DNA from: an uncultured bacterium
GTDB taxonomy: Bacteria > SAR324 > NAC60-12
Assembly (NCBI GenBank): GCA_965662235.1
Contig: CBFIGY010000011.1
Span: 1 to 64,000 of the forward strand
Direction: 5' to 3'
Length of the DNA: 64,000 nt
The notes beneath the pieces were generated by a model. It was not told the DNA's origin. It saw only the letters and a program-made list of their open reading frames with translations, and ran no database searches. Each line of letters begins with the position of its first letter. Within the stretch, counting starts at the first letter, position 1. This document shows, one piece after another, positions 60,172-64,000 of this stretch. The position numbers were made by a program, and so were the translations under genes.

Positions 60172-61281
60172 CTAAGCGGTGACCTCAAAGCGGCGCATGC
60201 GGATGTTGAGGAGCAGGCCAATGCCGAACATCATGGAGAGCATGGAAGAGCCTCCGTAGCTGAAAAAGGGCAGAGGCACCCCGACCACCGGCATCAGTCC
60301 CAGGGTCATGCCGATGTTGATGAGGACGTGAGACGTGATGATGGCCACAATCCCCACCGTCTGAATGGCCCCCAAGCGGTCTCGGGTCTGCAGCACCCCT
60401 GAGAGAGCCCAGAGGGTGAGCAGCATGAACAGCAGCAGAACCACAATGGCTCCGGAAAATCCCCACTCCTCTGAAAACACGGAGAAGATGAAATCCGTGT
60501 GATGGGCCGGGAGGAAGTTCAACTGTCCCTGAGTGCCAGCGCCCACCCCCTTGCCCCAGAACTGTCCGCTGCCCACGGCGATCTTGGACTGGATGATGTG
60601 GTATCCAGCGCCCAGCGGATCCCGTTCCGGATTGAGGAAGGTGAGGACCCGGTCCTTCTGATACGGCTTGAGAACATAGTTCCACGCCAGCGGAAGGATC
60701 GCAAGTGCGCTGGCTCCCATGATCAGCAGCGTCCGGACGCGGATGCCCATCAGGAAGATGATTGGGAAGGAAATGATCAGCAGCAGCAGCGCCGTCCCGA
60801 GGTCCGGCTGCCGGATGATGAGGATGAAGGGGACCCCAATCAGCAGAGCTGGCGCCACCCAGTGCAGCCATCCCCGTCCGCGGATCAACCCATTTTCCCG
60901 GAAGTGGTAGGAGAGGGCGAGGACCAGGGTAAACTTGCTGAACTCCGAGGGCTGCACAAAGATCGGGCCCACCTTCAACCAGCGTTCCACGGGAGAGCCC
61001 GGGCCACCGGTTCCATAAAGCAACACCAAAACCAGCAGCCCAATCACTGCCAGGTGCAGGAAGATGCCCAGCTTGGCCCAGGTCCGGTAGTGGAGGAAGA
61101 GGGTGGTGAGGATGACGCCCAGGCCAATCAGCATCCAGTAGCTCTGCCGGACGAGGTACCCCGTTTTTTCGGAGTTGCCTCCGGTGGCAGAGTACATGGC
61201 TAGGAGCCCCATTCCGCAGATGGCCAAGACCAGCAGGGTGAGGATCCAGTCAAAATTTTCCAGAATGCGTCGGTCAAACAC
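60172..61281 (-). CDS. rodA: Rod shape-determining SEDS protein
   Basis: QPSEF.K, QPDLGT, GYHIIQS.IA.GSG, HTDFIF and SYGGSS motifs. Confidence 0.93.
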   Translation of the reverse strand: MFDRRILENFDWILTLLVLAICGMGLLAMYSATGGNSEKTGYLVRQSYWMLIGLGVILTTLFLHYRTWAKLGIFLHLAVIGLLVLVLLYGTGGPGSPVERWLKVGPIFVQPSEFSKFTLVLALSYHFRENGLIRGRGWLHWVAPALLIGVPFILIIRQPDLGTALLLLIISFPIIFLMGIRVRTLLIMGASALAILPLAWNYVLKPYQKDRVLTFLNPERDPLGAGYHIIQSKIAVGSGQFWGKGVGAGTQGQLNFLPAHHTDFIFSVFSEEWGFSGAIVVLLLFMLLTLWALSGVLQTRDRLGAIQTVGIVAIITSHVLINIGMTLGLMPVVGVPLPFFSYGGSSMLSMMFGIGLLLNIRMRRFEVTA

Positions 61282-61306
61282 GGAGGGGCTGGGGCTTCAG
61301 GAACCG

Positions 61307-61627
61307 TTACTCAGTTGGGGTAATGCCCCGGAGGGAGCAGACGACCGTCAGGGTCCGGGGGGTGTAGATGCCCAAGGAAGCGACCGAAACCAGGGCCTGA
61401 CTCCAGGTGGCCTCAACGGTCATCTCATAGATCCGGCCTTGGGGGCAGCGGTTGTAGACTTCAAACTGAGGCTCGCCTTCGGTGCCCCAGTACCAGTAGT
61501 CGAGGGTTTGGACAATGCGTTCCTCCGAGGGCAGCTCTGCAGGGTACCGGAGGTGCAGCTGGCAGCCACTGAGGCCTCCGAGGGTGACAAGCAGCGTCAG
61601 GTAGATTCCAATTTGCCTCAGCCTCAT
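61307..61627 (-). CDS. Bor/Iss-like lipoprotein
   Basis: LSGC lipobox; YWYWG, CP.G and SLGIYTPRT.TV.C motifs. Confidence 0.7.
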   Translation of the reverse strand: MRLRQIGIYLTLLVTLGGLSGCQLHLRYPAELPSEERIVQTLDYWYWGTEGEPQFEVYNRCPQGRIYEMTVEATWSQALVSVASLGIYTPRTLTVVCSLRGITPTE

Positions 61628-61664
61628 GCGGGGTCCCTTCTTGCGTTCATGCTGGAAAATGCGT

Positions 61665-62150
61665 TTAATGAGATGCCTCAGGGGAATCCGGCATCCAGAA
61701 CTGCCAGTCCTGCAGTTGCTCTCCACGATACAAAAATCGGGCAGTGAAGCAACCCGGTTCAAAGATTTTCGGAGTGAAGAGCCGGTCTCCTTCCCACATG
61801 GGCCGGTTTGTGAGTTCCGGACGCGGAACCCACTCTAGGGCGCCTTCCGGACTGGAGTCCAGCAGGGTGCCCGTAAACTCGGTGGCATGGAAGACAAACA
61901 CCTGCCACTCGTCTCCAAAGGGAGAGTCTCCGAAATCAGGAAAAGTCAGAACCGCCTTGAGTCGGGGGTTCAAAATCTGCAAGCCTGTCTCCTCATGGAA
62001 CTCCCGGACGGCTGCTTCGTGCGGGGCCTCGTTGGGCTCAAGCTTCCCGCCGGGGGCCAGGTAGAAGCCCTGGTGCTCATCTTCCTTTTCCCGGTGGAGC
62101 ATCAGCACCTGTCCCTCATGTTCCAGATAGAGTAACGTCCCTAATTTCAC
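61665..62150 (-). CDS. NUDIX hydrolase (8-oxo-dGTP diphosphatase-like)
   Basis: GGKLEPNE.P..AAVREF.EETGL Nudix box and MWEGD. Confidence 0.88.
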   Translation of the reverse strand: MKLGTLLYLEHEGQVLMLHREKEDEHQGFYLAPGGKLEPNEAPHEAAVREFHEETGLQILNPRLKAVLTFPDFGDSPFGDEWQVFVFHATEFTGTLLDSSPEGALEWVPRPELTNRPMWEGDRLFTPKIFEPGCFTARFLYRGEQLQDWQFWMPDSPEASH

Positions 62151-62168
62151 CGTCTACCAACTGTTGCT

Positions 62169-63173
62169 GTGAATCCGAAGTTTTCCAATCAAGAAGTCAG
62201 TACCTTACTGGAACGGGTGGTCCAGAAGGCGCGCGAGGAGCAGGCCACAGGTTCCGGGGCCATTCAGCCCTATGAGCTGGGCAATCAGAACCGCATCATC
62301 CGGGGGCGCATGCCGGGGCTGGAGGCGGTGCATGACCGCTTCGCCAAGACCTTCTCGCATACCCTCGGGCAGCACCTGCGACGCTCCGTCACGATCACCC
62401 GCCGAGCCATTGAGTTGATCAGCATGAAGGACCTTTCAGACGGCACACCGTCTCCTTCGGCGCTCACGGTGTTTGGGCTCTCGCCGTTGCGGGGGCAGGG
62501 GCTGCTGACGTTTGAGCAACGCCTAGTGCATGCACTGATCGACCTGATGTTCGGAGGCAGTGGCCAGTATGAAGTGAGCCCGGTCAAACGGTCGTTCACC
62601 GGGATCGAGATGCGCATGGTTGCTAAGATCGCCCGCTCGGCCCTCAATGACCTAGGCGCCGCTTGGAAGCCCTTTGTGCAGCTGAAACCGCACTATGAAC
62701 GGATTGAGACGAGCCCGAAACTGGCGAACATCTCCACCCCGGAAGAGGTCATTGTCGTCACCACCTTTGACGTTGAGATCCACCGCAACCCCATGACGCT
62801 GCGGATTGGCCTGCCCTACCTGATGCTGGATCCCATCCGGACCCGCCTGGACGCGGCCCTGCAGCAGAATGATGAGGAGGTCAACCACGTCAACGCGGCC
62901 CGGCTCGCAGAGAACCTGCGGCACACGCAGCTTCAGGTCAGTGTTGCCCTAGGGACCACCCGCATCAGCCTCCGGCACTTCCTCAAGCTCAAGGCCGGTG
63001 ATGTGCTGCGGCTGGAGCAAGATGCCGAGGCGCCGCTGTCAGCAGCGCTCAATGGCGTAACCAAGTTCCGGGGAACCCAAGGCGCCTACAAGGGGAAGGT
63101 GGCCCTGAGGGTGGAGGAGGTGCTGACGCCTCGTCCGCGCTTCCGGGACGTTCTGGACGACCGTGACGCTTAA
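62169..63173 (+). CDS. fliM: Flagellar motor switch protein FliM (isolated copy)
   Basis: RIIRGRMP.LE...DRF, IDLMFGGSG, FT.IE and LPY..L.PI motifs; C-terminal SpoA domain. Confidence 0.85.
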   Translation: MNPKFSNQEVSTLLERVVQKAREEQATGSGAIQPYELGNQNRIIRGRMPGLEAVHDRFAKTFSHTLGQHLRRSVTITRRAIELISMKDLSDGTPSPSALTVFGLSPLRGQGLLTFEQRLVHALIDLMFGGSGQYEVSPVKRSFTGIEMRMVAKIARSALNDLGAAWKPFVQLKPHYERIETSPKLANISTPEEVIVVTTFDVEIHRNPMTLRIGLPYLMLDPIRTRLDAALQQNDEEVNHVNAARLAENLRHTQLQVSVALGTTRISLRHFLKLKAGDVLRLEQDAEAPLSAALNGVTKFRGTQGAYKGKVALRVEEVLTPRPRFRDVLDDRDA

Positions 63174-63466
63174 TCGTTGTCTCGCTCAGCCGCTGCATTG
63201 ACCCGCTCCCGAAGCTCCTTGCCTGGCCGGAAGACAGGGAGCTTCTTGGGCCTCACCTGAACCTTATCCCCTGTCCGAGGATTGCGGCCTTCGTAGCTGC
63301 CATAATGCTTGAGGCTAAAGGATCCAAATCCTCGGATCTCCACCTTGTCTCCCACCTCCAGCGCCTGCTTGATCTGGTTGAAAAAGATGCGGACCACCTT
63401 GTCGGTCAACTGCACGTTGTAGCCGCTCTCTTCCGCAAGCATTTCAATCAACTGGGATTTGTTCAT
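63170..63466 (-). CDS. ihfB: Integration host factor beta / HU family protein
   Basis: MNKSQLI, VEIRGFGSF, GRNPRTG and F.PGKELRERVN motifs. Confidence 0.85.
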   Translation of the reverse strand: MNKSQLIEMLAEESGYNVQLTDKVVRIFFNQIKQALEVGDKVEIRGFGSFSLKHYGSYEGRNPRTGDKVQVRPKKLPVFRPGKELRERVNAAAERDND

Positions 63467-63682
63467 TACCACACCTTTCCGAAACGACCTCCTCTGGGGA
63501 GCATTGATCATTTAAGCGATTCACCATAGGGGATTCTTTCAGTCAGCACAAGCCCGGAGCGTGCCTTCCTCTCCATCCGGAGGCCAACGTGAAACTTGAG
63601 CTTGTTCCTTCCTCCGAATTTCGCAATATTGACTGTTTCCTGTATCCCCCAAACGCACACCCATCACCAAACGGAAGCAGTC

Positions 63683-64000
63683 ATGCCAGTTGCGGATTAC
63701 CAAACCTATTGCAAGATGTTGGACAACGCCAAGGAAAAGAAATTTGCGTATCCAGCCATCAATGTTTCCTCCTTGGCGACCGCCAATGCGGCGCTTCAGG
63801 CCTTTGCTGAAGCCAAGAGCGACGGCATTGTCCAGGTTTCCACCGGCGGGGGAGAGTTTGCCTCCGGACAGGCGGTTAAGAATTCGGCTCTTGGGGCCAT
63901 TTCTCTGGCACAGCATGTCCACCTGATGGCCGAACACTACAACGTTTTCATTGCCCTCCACACCGATCACTGCCAGCCCAAGAAGGTCGACTCCTTCATG
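63683..64000 (+). CDS. fbaA: Class II fructose-bisphosphate aldolase (5' part, runs off the window)
   Basis: MPVADYQTYCKMLDNAKEKKFAYPAINV...DGIVQVSTGG...ALHTDHC; absent from the supplied ORF track because there is no stop in the window. Confidence 0.9.
   Translation, partial: MPVADYQTYCKMLDNAKEKKFAYPAINVSSLATANAALQAFAEAKSDGIVQVSTGGGEFASGQAVKNSALGAISLAQHVHLMAEHYNVFIALHTDHCQPKKVDSFM

Overview
About 60% GC chromosomal window, densely coding (about 58 genes). I found no rRNA, tRNA, CRISPR array, integrase or transposase. The gene mix suggests a marine Gram-negative heterotroph of deltaproteobacterial type (possibly SAR324; inference only) carrying alphaproteobacterial-like catabolic genes. Housekeeping genes: ppx, lhgO, sdhCAB, pgk, lysA, dppABC, cobI with a cbiG-cobJ fusion, gltX, rodA, ihfB, partial fbaA and an isolated fliM. 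The main accessory block (23.7-43.9 kb) is a sulfoquinovose monooxygenase (sulfo-SMO) module: smoC/B/A, a GntR regulator, a probable NAD+-dependent GH188 sulfoquinovosidase and an unknown beta-barrel-like protein. It runs by overlapping codons into a YtaP-like hydrolase, followed by an AguEFG-like oligo-uronide ABC transporter, a cytoplasmic GH28-like protein, a PhyH dioxygenase, three Gfo/Idh/MocA oxidoreductases and a GH38 alpha-mannosidase. A DddL-type DMSP lyase lies 7 kb further on. Other signals: strong frame-independent over-representation of TCCGGA (HIP1-like), a double zinc-finger protein with an apparently inactivated T5orf172/GIY-YIG domain, an unannotated 46-aa small ORF, a membrane protein with a PilZ-less YcgR-like tail, and a MoxR ATPase paired with a non-VWA unknown protein. 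All family calls come from recalled motifs, not database searches.
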